Part shown: positions 1 through 10,328 of the stretch, piece after piece
Layout: the number at the start of each line of letters is the position of its first letter
Position numbering within the stretch: the stretch's first letter is position 1
From: Candidatus Babeliales bacterium
Lineage (GTDB): Bacteria > Babelota > Babeliae > Babelales > JBFXEV01
DNA: 64,000 nucleotides
Reading direction: 5' to 3'
NCBI GenBank assembly: GCA_050179755.1
Contig: JBFXEV010000001.1
Span: forward strand, 41,994-105,993
Made by a program: the position numbers and the translations under genes
The notes under the pieces: generated by a model
The model's database searches: none
Seen by the model: the letters and a program-made list of their open reading frames with translations, nothing else
Told to the model about the DNA's origin: nothing

Positions 1-1
1 A

Positions 2-463
2 TTTCGCTTAGTACATATCCATAATCCAAAAACTCGTTTGGAACTTATTGGTGACGGCGCATTGCGACCTGCCATTGAAGATTGGATTCAAGCTCATCAA
101 TTAACAGAAGTAATCACCTTGCATGGCTGGCAAGATAACGTGGCGGCTATCATGAGCTCGTGGCATGCTTTTGTATTAAGTTCATTGTGGGAAGGAATCT
201 GTATGGCAATAGTAGAAGCGCGTCTGCTTAAATTACCAATACTATCCTATAATACTGGTGGCATTAAAGACGTTGTAATACATGGTAAAAATGGTTTTTT
301 ATATCCTCAAAAACAATGGCAACAACTTTCACATGGCATGCTTGCACTAAGCACAAATGCTTTATTACATACCAAATTACAATCTCATGCTGATAACCTT
401 AATGAATTTTATATTGAAGATATGATTGATCGACATCGAAAACTATATCAATTAATAAAATAA
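2..463 (+). CDS. Glycosyltransferase family 4 (GT-B), 5'-truncated by window edge
   Basis: Frame is open from base 2. The GT4 motif FVLSSLWEGICMAIVEA...TGGIKDVVIHGKNG is present. Confidence 0.85.
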   Translation, partial: FRLVHIHNPKTRLELIGDGALRPAIEDWIQAHQLTEVITLHGWQDNVAAIMSSWHAFVLSSLWEGICMAIVEARLLKLPILSYNTGGIKDVVIHGKNGFLYPQKQWQQLSHGMLALSTNALLHTKLQSHADNLNEFYIEDMIDRHRKLYQLIK

Positions 464-551
464 GCTTATAAAAATAAGTGACAAATCACTGATTTTTTTG
501 CTATCTTAATACTGATATCAATTTTTTGATAATAATCATTACGAGGCGACA

Positions 552-1526
552 ATGCAAAACACTACCATTCAAGAAATCAACAAGAAAACACCCAGTACTC
601 ATCACGAACCAATACACTATAAAACTCTTCTTGAATCCATTGGGAATACGCCATTGGTAAAATTGAATGTTGACGTACCATGCACCGTTCTTGCAAAACT
701 CGAATTCTTGAATCCCGGTGGTAGTTTAAAACCACGATGCGCACTCTACATGATAGAACAAGCTGAAAAAAATGGTTCTCTTCTACCAGGTGGCACTATT
801 GTTGAAGCATCATCAGGTAATCAAGGTATTGCGGCAGCCATGATAGGAGCTTTAAAGGGTTATAACGTAATTATTACCGTGTCTCAAAAAATTAGTGCTG
901 AAAAATTAGCCACCATTAAAGCTTTTGGCGCACAAGTGCTTATGTTTCCACCAGCACCAACGCTTGAACACCCTGATAGCTATCAAAGTAAAGCATGGGA
1001 AATTCATAGAAACACGCCAAACTCCATTATGCTTAATCAATATTATAATCCGGTAAATGCAGATGGCCATTACTGGTCACTTGGGCCCGAACTGTGGCAT
1101 GGCACACATGGTCAGATTACACATTATTTTGGTGCAGCAGGATCAGGTGGTCACGTAAGTGGCGTAGGCAGGTATTTAAAAGAACAAAATCCACTTGTAA
1201 AAGTTATTGCATTAGATGCTGCAAATTCATGGTATTCAACAAAAGGCAATCCAAAACCATATAAGATTGAAGGCCTTGGCATTGACGCTGATTCTCCGGT
1301 ACTTGATAAAAAAACGATTGATCAAATTATTCCGGTAACTGATGAAAATGGGCTTGCCATGACTAAACGTCTTGCACGAGAATTTGGTATTCTTGTAGGG
1401 CCTAGTTCTGGCGCTGTTGCTCACGGCGCATTTGAATACGCAAAAAATCTCTTACCACATGACGTTCTTGTTATGGTTTTTGGTGATGCTGGCCAAGCGT
1501 ATTTGAGCAAGGGTTTTTACGATTAA
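552..1526 (+). CDS. PLP-dependent cysteine synthase / cystathionine beta-synthase family protein
   Basis: IGNTPLV, KLEFLNPGGSLK (PLP lysine), SSGN, NQYYN and GPSSG motifs. Confidence 0.85.
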   Translation: MQNTTIQEINKKTPSTHHEPIHYKTLLESIGNTPLVKLNVDVPCTVLAKLEFLNPGGSLKPRCALYMIEQAEKNGSLLPGGTIVEASSGNQGIAAAMIGALKGYNVIITVSQKISAEKLATIKAFGAQVLMFPPAPTLEHPDSYQSKAWEIHRNTPNSIMLNQYYNPVNADGHYWSLGPELWHGTHGQITHYFGAAGSGGHVSGVGRYLKEQNPLVKVIALDAANSWYSTKGNPKPYKIEGLGIDADSPVLDKKTIDQIIPVTDENGLAMTKRLAREFGILVGPSSGAVAHGAFEYAKNLLPHDVLVMVFGDAGQAYLSKGFYD

Positions 1527-1527
1527 T

Positions 1528-2559
1528 ATGCACGCCCGGTTAAGCTCACTACTCTACATTATGTTCTGTGGAATGCTCTGCCCAATATATTCTTGCAAGC
1601 CTATGGAGCATAGCGTAAATCAACCACAAACAAATGCGAGCAGTTCAAGTATACAAAAATCTCTTACGTATATTAAAAGTGAGGCAGTTAAAGCAGCATT
1701 TCTCGCGGGTGCACCGATCAGACATGAGGATGGCACAGAGACGACTCCTTTAATGCGCGCTGCTTCTCTTAATGATCCTGCTTTAACTGAATGGCTCCTT
1801 GCACACCCTATTGCAATTGACTGTAGCGACAGTCATTTTGCATCACCTCTGCACGCTCTTTTTGGTATTAGGCGATTTGAAATGGGTGATAATAATACAC
1901 TTTTAGAAAAAATAATAGCTTTATATCGCGCTCGTTTTCCCTTTTCACAAGAAATACTAATAGTCGAACTCCTTGCAGGCAAGATGCCTCTGCTCGTCGC
2001 TGCTAAGACTGATAATGAAAAATTGGCAAGAACATGCCTTGCATATGGTCTTTCTCCGAATGCCAAAGACACAAAAAGCAGAACGGCACTCATGTTTGCA
2101 ATACAAAATAATGCATATGGCGTTATAAATGCACTATTGGAATTTGGAGTAGACACACAAGCAATAGATGATGCCGCACGCACTCCTCTGGATTATGCAA
2201 GAAATGGATTCCCTGCTGACTTACAAAAAACTATCACACAATCTCTCGGATTTAGCTCGAATAAAATACCATTACAGTATAGGGAATCAACAGCAGATGA
2301 TGAAGCGTTAGCAAATAACTTTCTCATAGAGTGTACCCAAATTCTTGCAAAAGAGTCTGCACCGCCGGAATTTGTACAAACATCAAAAAAAATTCAACCA
2401 CAAAGAAAATCTGGATCAAGGAAAAAGGTACATCTAGAATATACTGAAAGCGATAATATTTCTTGGGAGGAGCCACTTCCTGAAGTTATATCAATAACAG
2501 GTTTTAATAGACCAAATCTATTATCTCCTACAAAAAAAACCAAAGTTAAAAAACGCTAA
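1528..2559 (+). CDS. Ankyrin-repeat protein with signal peptide and basic C-terminus
   Basis: TPLMRAA, TALMFA and TPLDYA ankyrin motifs; hydrophobic N-terminus. Confidence 0.8.
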   Translation: MHARLSSLLYIMFCGMLCPIYSCKPMEHSVNQPQTNASSSSIQKSLTYIKSEAVKAAFLAGAPIRHEDGTETTPLMRAASLNDPALTEWLLAHPIAIDCSDSHFASPLHALFGIRRFEMGDNNTLLEKIIALYRARFPFSQEILIVELLAGKMPLLVAAKTDNEKLARTCLAYGLSPNAKDTKSRTALMFAIQNNAYGVINALLEFGVDTQAIDDAARTPLDYARNGFPADLQKTITQSLGFSSNKIPLQYRESTADDEALANNFLIECTQILAKESAPPEFVQTSKKIQPQRKSGSRKKVHLEYTESDNISWEEPLPEVISITGFNRPNLLSPTKKTKVKKR

Positions 2560-3524
2560 ATGCGTTGGCCAACTTTAGCGATAATAAGATGTTCAAGTGC
2601 AAGCCCTGCTTTCTGCCAAGCTTCTTGCAAATGCTCAAGTGGCGTTGCAAAATGATCAACCCCAAAATGAAATGTGCCCCAATGCATAGGGATCATGCGC
2701 TTTGCTTTTAAATCCTTAAATGCCTGTACCGTATGCTGCGCACTCATATGCACATGCTCCATCCAACGCTTTGGCTCACACGGCCCAATAGGCAATAAGG
2801 CTGTATGGATATTAGGAAAATGTTCGCTAATTTCTTTAAAATGTCCTGCATATGACGTATCACCTGCAAAATAAATAGAATGATCTTTAAAGGTTAAAAG
2901 CCAACTGCCCCATAACGTTTTATTGCGATCAAAAAGATTTCGTTGTGACCAATGCCATGAGGGTAAAAATGTAAACGTTATAGGTTCGCCCTCTTGCCTT
3001 GAAGGTATCGAATACGATTGCCACCAATCATGCTCGTGCACAGCTTTATATCCTCGAGAGCTAAACCAATTGCCAAGCTTTAAAGGCACAAGCACTCGCG
3101 GCTGTCTTTTCTTAAGAGCGCGCAAACAAGAAGCACTCATGTGATCAGGATGGTTATGAGAAATCAAAAGCACATCTGGCTTAGGCAATTTTTTAAGAGC
3201 TATGCCAGGCGGCAAAATTCTTCTAAATAAGAGTGACGGACTAGAGAATAGAGGATCAGTGAGAATGTTAATACCGCCAATTTGTATCAAAAATGTTGCA
3301 TGGCCGATCCAGGTAATTACCGGCTGATCGCTACGCTCAAGCGGCGATTGCTTGATAACCCAATCTTCTTTTTTTATCTTAGGCCCAAACCACCTGCGTA
3401 TCCAAGAACCTGCATACATTAATGCGGAAGGTAGCAAAACATGATGCACATATTCATTAGGCTTATTATAAAACCTATCATTATGCACGTGAGGACGAGT
3501 TTTAGGCTTATTCTGCATTTGCAA
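2556..3524 (-). CDS. MBL-fold metallo-hydrolase (NAPE-PLD/RomA-like)
   Basis: TWIGHATF, SHNHPDH, FAGDT and PMHWGTF motifs. Confidence 0.85.
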   Translation of the reverse strand: MQMQNKPKTRPHVHNDRFYNKPNEYVHHVLLPSALMYAGSWIRRWFGPKIKKEDWVIKQSPLERSDQPVITWIGHATFLIQIGGINILTDPLFSSPSLLFRRILPPGIALKKLPKPDVLLISHNHPDHMSASCLRALKKRQPRVLVPLKLGNWFSSRGYKAVHEHDWWQSYSIPSRQEGEPITFTFLPSWHWSQRNLFDRNKTLWGSWLLTFKDHSIYFAGDTSYAGHFKEISEHFPNIHTALLPIGPCEPKRWMEHVHMSAQHTVQAFKDLKAKRMIPMHWGTFHFGVDHFATPLEHLQEAWQKAGLALEHLIIAKVGQRI

Positions 3525-3747
3525 ACTTTGAGTTTGGTACTAAAAAGTAACCCCTATCCAGACAGAAAGTCAAGGACAGGGGAAATGGAGGTTATCTTGT
3601 ATAAAGAACTTACTTTATTTTGCAAGTTCATTATGAAGTTTACAGGAGGTAATCAGAAAAAGCAACTAGTTTCATATGTTTATTTTTTTATAGCATACTA
3701 GAAATTTTTTACATCACCCTAAGCCATAAAGTTGCCAACAAGAAACC

Positions 3748-5991
3748 CTACAATTGCGCAAGTTCTACTGCCACCTGCTTTTTTAAGGCAGCAGATAAAT
3801 CTGGCAATGCTTGGGCCGTTAATAAAGCCTCCCGTGCCTTCACTTTATTGCCAAGCGCGTCATGGCAACTTGCAAGGCGCAAGAACAAGTTAGACCCCTT
3901 AAAGCCAGTTTCTTGTGCCTTGATCAAATAAGTAACGCCCTTTTCATACGCTTCTAATTGATAGGCAGACTCGCCAGCATTAAACCAATACTTACATTCA
4001 CCTGGATTTGCCTGAGCAAGAGACTCAAAAAGAGTAAGTGATTTATCATATTGCTTATCGAGTAAATACGCTTGGCCAAGCTGCGCCTTATATTCCAAGC
4101 TATTAGGGCAAAAATAGCACAACTTAGAGAGGGCTAAAATTGCTTCTGGCCAGTTTTGTAGCTTATAGGCCACTTGCGCGTAAATTTTAAATCCGGCCTC
4201 ATTATCCATATCAGCCTCTAAACACGCTTTTTTAAAGTATGGTAACGATTCTTCAAGCTTATCCTGCTGCAAATAGAGCTTTCCGTAATTAAAATAGGCT
4301 TTGCCATAATGTTTGCGCAGTTTAAGCGCAATCTTAATCATCTTTTCAGCCTCATCGTATTCTTTTTTCTGCAGTAAAAAGGAAGCCATATTATTATAAG
4401 CTTCTGGATAATAGGGCTGAATTCTAATCGTTTGCTTCATTGCTTCAATTGCGCCATCAAGATCACCAAGCAAAGAATAGATAACTGCCAGGTTATTCCA
4501 AGGATCTGGATACTTGCCATCCATTTGAACGGCTTTCTTATAAAACGGAATCGACTCTCGATATTTCTTTTGATCAGAAAGCGCTACGGCAAAATTATTA
4601 TATGCGCGCGCCTTGCCTGGAGCATTTTGCATAACGTTGCCCCAAAAATCAAGCCCTGAGCGCCACACCTTATTACGTTCATGCGTGGCAAATCCTGTGA
4701 GTAATAATATACACGCAAGGCTTGCATAGGTAACCGGCATGGATGCTTTGGTTGATTTTATTTTTGCAATAAAAAACTGTACTAGCCATACAAGCGCACA
4801 TGCAAGAACAAATAACATTCCCATGGAAGCAAGATATGTTTTATAATCAACCAACAATTCAGATGATGGAATAATGCTGCTACGTGGAAGAACTGCAACA
4901 AAAAACCATGCAAACCCGAATGCTATAACATTGGCACTATTTTTTTTAAGCGCATACGCCAGACAACTCCACAATGTAGCAAGCGCCATAAAAGGCAGAA
5001 AACAATCAGCAGCAAAAAAACTTGTTGATAACATCCAATCGTATTCTACACTAATATTAAATGGCCACACGAACATAACCATATAATGAAGCATCACTTT
5101 AAATTGTGAGATTGCAAAATGAACCGGATAAATTTTGGATTGCGGATCTTGTGTTAATTGATTACCTATATTGTTACGCGATTCAAGCTGAAATGTGGCA
5201 GCCTTAAGCATAAAATCTGCTTTAAAATATATATAGGTTGCAAGAATTGCAGCCCACACTGTTGCATGATGCAGCCAACGCTTTTTAATCTCATTAACAT
5301 CACCTTGTGCAATAAAAAACCAATCTGTTAGTAGCACAAGTACGGGCGCCACAACAGTAATTTCTTTTGCACCAATAGAAAGTGCACATATAAATATTAA
5401 TAACGCACCAAGTCCGTACTTACCAAAAGTTGTTTTAGCTTGTAGCCATTTAACAAAACAAAGGACAATGCCGATAGTCAAAACTCCTGCCAAGCCTTCA
5501 AGTTGACCTTGAATGACATACGAAACAGTTTGTGTTTGCACCGGATGCAATAAAAATAACCCAGCAGTTGTCGCTGCAATTAACAAGCTATTACGCTTAA
5601 AGAAACTATCTTTGCGCAATCCAGAAAGCAATGTGTAGAGTAAATAAAAAACTAAAATTCCACCTACCGAATGTATGATAACATTGCCAATGCGATAAAG
5701 CATAGGATTAAATTGTACATGGCTATAATAAATGGTATTGAGCCATTGACTAATCCAACGCGGTCGCTGGAAAAATAATTTTGCAAAAGTATCATGACGA
5801 ATATCAAACATCTTTTTAATGTTTGCAATATCGTCAAACTGAAATCCATAACTAAGTGATGAAAAGTAACTGGCAACAGTTGCCGCAACAAGCCCTAAAG
5901 GGATACTACTAATTTGCCACCAAGAGTACACGGATTCTTGACGAATCTCAGATGATGACGGTTCGTTCAATTTTTGTTTCATAATAATCAA
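3748..5991 (-). CDS. Multi-TM protein with C-terminal TPRs (TMTC-like putative GT-C glycosyltransferase)
   Basis: N-terminal FDD, FLLHPVQTQTVSY, AKE and RNKVW motifs as in TMTC-like proteins, followed by many TPR repeats. Confidence 0.75.
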   Translation of the reverse strand: MIIMKQKLNEPSSSEIRQESVYSWWQISSIPLGLVAATVASYFSSLSYGFQFDDIANIKKMFDIRHDTFAKLFFQRPRWISQWLNTIYYSHVQFNPMLYRIGNVIIHSVGGILVFYLLYTLLSGLRKDSFFKRNSLLIAATTAGLFLLHPVQTQTVSYVIQGQLEGLAGVLTIGIVLCFVKWLQAKTTFGKYGLGALLIFICALSIGAKEITVVAPVLVLLTDWFFIAQGDVNEIKKRWLHHATVWAAILATYIYFKADFMLKAATFQLESRNNIGNQLTQDPQSKIYPVHFAISQFKVMLHYMVMFVWPFNISVEYDWMLSTSFFAADCFLPFMALATLWSCLAYALKKNSANVIAFGFAWFFVAVLPRSSIIPSSELLVDYKTYLASMGMLFVLACALVWLVQFFIAKIKSTKASMPVTYASLACILLLTGFATHERNKVWRSGLDFWGNVMQNAPGKARAYNNFAVALSDQKKYRESIPFYKKAVQMDGKYPDPWNNLAVIYSLLGDLDGAIEAMKQTIRIQPYYPEAYNNMASFLLQKKEYDEAEKMIKIALKLRKHYGKAYFNYGKLYLQQDKLEESLPYFKKACLEADMDNEAGFKIYAQVAYKLQNWPEAILALSKLCYFCPNSLEYKAQLGQAYLLDKQYDKSLTLFESLAQANPGECKYWFNAGESAYQLEAYEKGVTYLIKAQETGFKGSNLFLRLASCHDALGNKVKAREALLTAQALPDLSAALKKQVAVELAQL

Positions 5992-6014
5992 TCTCCTTCG
6001 TAAGTTACGTATTG

Positions 6015-7121
6015 TTATATCATTAATCGCTTATAGAGCTCTTTATATGCGGTTGCCATAGCTGTGAGCGAATAATGCTCACGCACCAAAGCTTGTGCAC
6101 ATGCTGCGAAAGCCTTACCTTGATCTTTGAGTAACATAAATTCTTTAAGAGCATAAAAAACCGCTTCTACGCTCGGTTTCTGAATTAAAATACCTGTGCT
6201 TTCTGTGCTTATTATTTCATGCCGGCCATGATTACCCGTTGTTATACACGGCACACCACAAGAAACTGCCTCAAGCAATGCTATCGAAAGTCCTTCATAA
6301 TGAGAGGATAATACAAATGCGTTCATCAGTGAATAGTAACCATATGCTGTCTTTCCTACTACAAATTGTACAACATCTTTAATACCAAGTTCTTGCGCAT
6401 GCACGCGCAATGCCTCTTCTTGCGAACCGCTGCCCACAAGAAGTAACCTTGTATGTGGATAGAGAGCGTTTAAACTTGCAAACGCTTCCAATAACGTGTG
6501 ATAGTTTTTCTGTTCTTCAAACCTGCCTACGCTACCAAATACAATTTCTTTATCTGTCCAACCAAATTGTTCTCGAGACTGCTGTTGGCTGTGTGCACGC
6601 TTTTGAATAGCATCCACGTCAATGCCATTAGGGATGCATTCCATCTTTTTTTCATCATAGGGAAAGCGCTTTCCGCTAGAAACCACTACCGATCCTATGC
6701 CTACTACCGCATCTGCAAGCGGTAATGACACAAAATCAATCGTATTTCTGAACGCACCTTGAAACATTAATTTATTATGAATGGTATTGACCGCGGGAAT
6801 GCCAAGCAACTTACCAATAATACGCGCTGATAAATTTGCCGCCCATAAGTGTGCATGAATAAGATCCGGTTTGATTGCCTTAATACAGGTAAATAAACGC
6901 ACCCAAAATACGGGATCACACAACATAATAGCGCCTTTAATGTGATATACAGGAATGCCTCGTTCTTGTATGCGCGTAACACTTGGTCCGCTATGAAAAT
7001 ATATCACGTGATGCTCAAAGTCTTTATCACCAAGCTGATCAATTAAACTGGCAAGCACCGATTCTGCACCACCAAGTTGCAAAATAGAAATAATATGCAC
7101 TAACTTAATCTTTTTTGTCAT
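6015..7121 (-). CDS. Glycosyltransferase family 4
   Basis: GGAE, IPNGID, VGRFEEQKN and SSHYEGLSIALLEA motifs. Confidence 0.88.
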   Translation of the reverse strand: MTKKIKLVHIISILQLGGAESVLASLIDQLGDKDFEHHVIYFHSGPSVTRIQERGIPVYHIKGAIMLCDPVFWVRLFTCIKAIKPDLIHAHLWAANLSARIIGKLLGIPAVNTIHNKLMFQGAFRNTIDFVSLPLADAVVGIGSVVVSSGKRFPYDEKKMECIPNGIDVDAIQKRAHSQQQSREQFGWTDKEIVFGSVGRFEEQKNYHTLLEAFASLNALYPHTRLLLVGSGSQEEALRVHAQELGIKDVVQFVVGKTAYGYYSLMNAFVLSSHYEGLSIALLEAVSCGVPCITTGNHGRHEIISTESTGILIQKPSVEAVFYALKEFMLLKDQGKAFAACAQALVREHYSLTAMATAYKELYKRLMI

Positions 7122-8652
7122 GCTCTGCCCTTAATTGCTTCTTATCAATTTTTCCCATTGCGGTTATTGGCAATGCGCTTTTGACTATAAACATACGTGG
7201 TATTTTATAGGTTGCAAGTTGTTGTGCACAAAGTGCATGTAATTCAGCTTGTGCATCTTTTAACACATGTTTGAGAGTGACGTATGCCACGGGAATTTCA
7301 TCACTACCACCATCTTTTACACCAATGACTGCAGCCATCAGCACGCTCGGATGAGATAGTAGCACGTTCTCAATTTCTTGTGGATAAATTTTAAAGCCTT
7401 TGTTACTTATCAAATCTTTTTCACGACCAACTATATGCAAGCGACCCGCACTATCAAATTGCGCCAAATCACCCGTATTTAACCAGCCATCTTTGAGAAT
7501 AGCGTGCGTTGCTTCTTGAGCATTATAATAGCCAAGCATTACATTATCACCTTTAACCCAGAGCACGCCAACCTCACCTTGTGCTACTTCTTGATCATCT
7601 TTGCGTAGAGAACATTGCATACCAAGTACCGGATCACCAACGGTATCGGCACTCACTCGTTCATCAATTACATGCGCTGCAATGAGTGGTGATGTTTCTG
7701 TCATACCATACCCATTACAAATTTTTCGTCCATAGATCAAGGCAAACGCAGCACGTATCTTATCAGGCAATGCATCCCCACCAGAAATGAAATAACGCAC
7801 GTTCTTAAATGGTGCTGTTTTCATTAAACAAAAAATAGCATACAATGATGGGACTGCAAGAATTACCGTAGGATTATGCTTAAGCCCGTCAAGCAATGCA
7901 CGCCGATCTATTTTAGGCACCACAACACAAGACGCACCCATGAATATAGTTGACCATACAGCTGCATTTTGCGCCAAGCTATGAAACAACGGCACCGGCA
8001 CGTAGCAACGATCTTGTGGTGATAATTTTAACAATGAAATAGCCTGGACCACGTTCATTAAAAGGTTACGTGAACTAAGCATCACTCCTTTCGGCATGCC
8101 CGTGGTTCCCGAAGTATATAACAATACCGCAAGAGCATCAGGATCTTTTTTTGCAATGTCACAACGGCTGGGCCCTGGCAGTTCGCGCGTATTTTCAATA
8201 TATGCTTGATCAATACGTAGAGGCAAGTTATTCTTAATTGCATCATCTAATTTTGCAAGAAGTTGATCAGAAATAATAACTACTTTTGGACGGGCGTCGG
8301 TAATAATATGCTCAAATTCACGTGGATGTAAAAAAACGTTAAGGGCAGCAACAACGGCACCTGTATGCCACACGCCATAATAAGCTATAAAAAACTCTAT
8401 TGAATTTTCATACCAAATAAGCACTTTTTCTTCAGACCCCACACCAAGAGCACGTAATTGATTACTCACCAAGCATGCACGTCTAAATAATTCTCGATAA
8501 GTGATACTTTCATCACCACATATATAGGCAATACGCTTGGGCCATTGCTTTGCAGCACGCTCAAGCAACTTACCGGCAAACATGAGCGTGCCATCTTGAT
8601 GCAGTGACTGCCAATAGGCATTAAACCGTTCTTGTTCTTGTGCTGAAATCAT
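7105..8652 (-). CDS. Long-chain acyl-CoA ligase (AMP-binding, FadD-like)
   Basis: YTSGTTGMPKG, GYGMTE, TGD, GREKD and GKIDK motifs. Confidence 0.88.
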   Translation of the reverse strand: MISAQEQERFNAYWQSLHQDGTLMFAGKLLERAAKQWPKRIAYICGDESITYRELFRRACLVSNQLRALGVGSEEKVLIWYENSIEFFIAYYGVWHTGAVVAALNVFLHPREFEHIITDARPKVVIISDQLLAKLDDAIKNNLPLRIDQAYIENTRELPGPSRCDIAKKDPDALAVLLYTSGTTGMPKGVMLSSRNLLMNVVQAISLLKLSPQDRCYVPVPLFHSLAQNAAVWSTIFMGASCVVVPKIDRRALLDGLKHNPTVILAVPSLYAIFCLMKTAPFKNVRYFISGGDALPDKIRAAFALIYGRKICNGYGMTETSPLIAAHVIDERVSADTVGDPVLGMQCSLRKDDQEVAQGEVGVLWVKGDNVMLGYYNAQEATHAILKDGWLNTGDLAQFDSAGRLHIVGREKDLISNKGFKIYPQEIENVLLSHPSVLMAAVIGVKDGGSDEIPVAYVTLKHVLKDAQAELHALCAQQLATYKIPRMFIVKSALPITAMGKIDKKQLRAEHDKKD

Positions 8653-8744
8653 GCGACCTCATCCTTTTTTTCTATATCATTCGTTTAAAATTAGATATAC
8701 TAGATGCTAATTATATTACCACAAAATCTAGGTACTCATAACAC

Positions 8745-9401
8745 ATGCAACAATCACGTGGATTTCTGGTTGCCTTTGAAGGCATTGATGGTTCTGGCAA
8801 AAGTTCACTTATACAAACAGTGGCGCAAGCACTTTCACAAAAATACATACCCGTTGTACTCACCAAAGAACCAGGGGGATCGCAACTGGGCAAAACATTA
8901 CGTGCTTTACTGCAAGAACAACCAGTTCCAATTGACCATCGTGCTGAATTTTTATTGTTTGCAGCAGATCGCGCACAACACATGCAAGAAATTATTAAAC
9001 CAGCGCTTGCACAAGGAAAGTTAGTTCTTTCTGACCGCCTTGCCGATTCTTCTATTGTCTATCAAGGATACGGCCGAGGTCTTGACATTACTATGATTAA
9101 ATCAGTGAACGCGTGGGCGCTTGATGGCGTTGCACCCGATCTTACTATTTATGTCTATATTGACGGACAAACTGCTACTGAACGTGTTATAGAGCGTGGC
9201 AAAGAATTAACCGCTTTTGAAAAAGAAGCACAGGATTTTTTTAATAAATTAATTAATGGCTATACTATGCTCTATAAAGATCGCAGCGATGTACTCGTGA
9301 TCGATGGTAGACAACCGCGTGAAGTAATGGCACAACAAGTTTATGATGCATTATTTACCTTATATATAGCCGGCTCAAGTACAAACGATACGTATGCATA
9401 A
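8745..9401 (+). CDS. tmk: Thymidylate kinase
   Basis: FEGIDGSGKS P-loop, KEPGG, DR...SSIVYQG. Confidence 0.95.
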   Translation: MQQSRGFLVAFEGIDGSGKSSLIQTVAQALSQKYIPVVLTKEPGGSQLGKTLRALLQEQPVPIDHRAEFLLFAADRAQHMQEIIKPALAQGKLVLSDRLADSSIVYQGYGRGLDITMIKSVNAWALDGVAPDLTIYVYIDGQTATERVIERGKELTAFEKEAQDFFNKLINGYTMLYKDRSDVLVIDGRQPREVMAQQVYDALFTLYIAGSSTNDTYA

Positions 9402-10122
9402 TCATCTACACCCTGCTCAGTTGTGGTTAGGCTCGCATGAACAACTTGCTTTAGAAACACTCAGTTATTTACAACAACAATTCTGCATGCAAAATGGTTG
9501 TGGGCTATGCACACCGTGCACGCAGGTATATGATAAACAGCATCATGGTCTTTTATGGTTAGAACCAGAAAAAAATTATACGCTAGAATCACTTGAACCA
9601 ATTAAAACAGCATGTGCTTATACACTTGAAGCTAATGAACATTTCTATTTTGTACTCAATAAAGCAGAACTATTATCAGTTGTTTGCCAAAATAGTTTAC
9701 TCAAAATTATAGAAGAACCGCCAACAGGTTATCATTTTATTTTACTTGCTACACACAAAGATGCAATTTTACCCACCATACAGTCACGTTGTATTCTTAA
9801 ATATGTCTCTTCTACCGGCGATACGTCAACTCATCCACTTGTTACTTTTTTTAAAGCAAGTATCAAACAAGATCCCAGCATATTATTAAAATTACTTGAA
9901 GAGCATAAACCTTCCGAACAAGAAAGCAATGCGCTTGTAAATCAATTACTTAACTTTTGGCTTAAAGAATTTAAACATACTGCTTCTCTACAAGAATCTC
10001 CACGGTACAATCAAGCTCAGCGCTTTATTATGATCTTAAATGAATGTCTTTTGAACCCACCAATGCCTGGTGGTACTGCTTTATTTTGGAAAAATGTATA
10101 TTTACAATTTTATACCTCATAA
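9394..10122 (+). CDS. holB: DNA polymerase III delta' subunit (short)
   Basis: CGLCTPC zinc motif, NSLLKIIEEPP, LPTIQSRC; directly follows tmk. Confidence 0.85.
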   Translation: MHNHLHPAQLWLGSHEQLALETLSYLQQQFCMQNGCGLCTPCTQVYDKQHHGLLWLEPEKNYTLESLEPIKTACAYTLEANEHFYFVLNKAELLSVVCQNSLLKIIEEPPTGYHFILLATHKDAILPTIQSRCILKYVSSTGDTSTHPLVTFFKASIKQDPSILLKLLEEHKPSEQESNALVNQLLNFWLKEFKHTASLQESPRYNQAQRFIMILNECLLNPPMPGGTALFWKNVYLQFYTS

Positions 10123-10328
10123 TAAAACATTTTTCCCTTTTTTTTCGGCTTATTGGCAGCATCTTTTTTAAGCCATTGACATATAGCTTACACCTCTTTA
10201 GAATTGACTGTAGTCATCTATGGTAAAAAAGAAAGGAGCGTCTTGATATCTTATACTTGATTCACACGATTCAAAAATCTCAAATAATTTTAAAACTAAT
10301 CTCATAATTTCTTTAAAGGAAAACGTAT

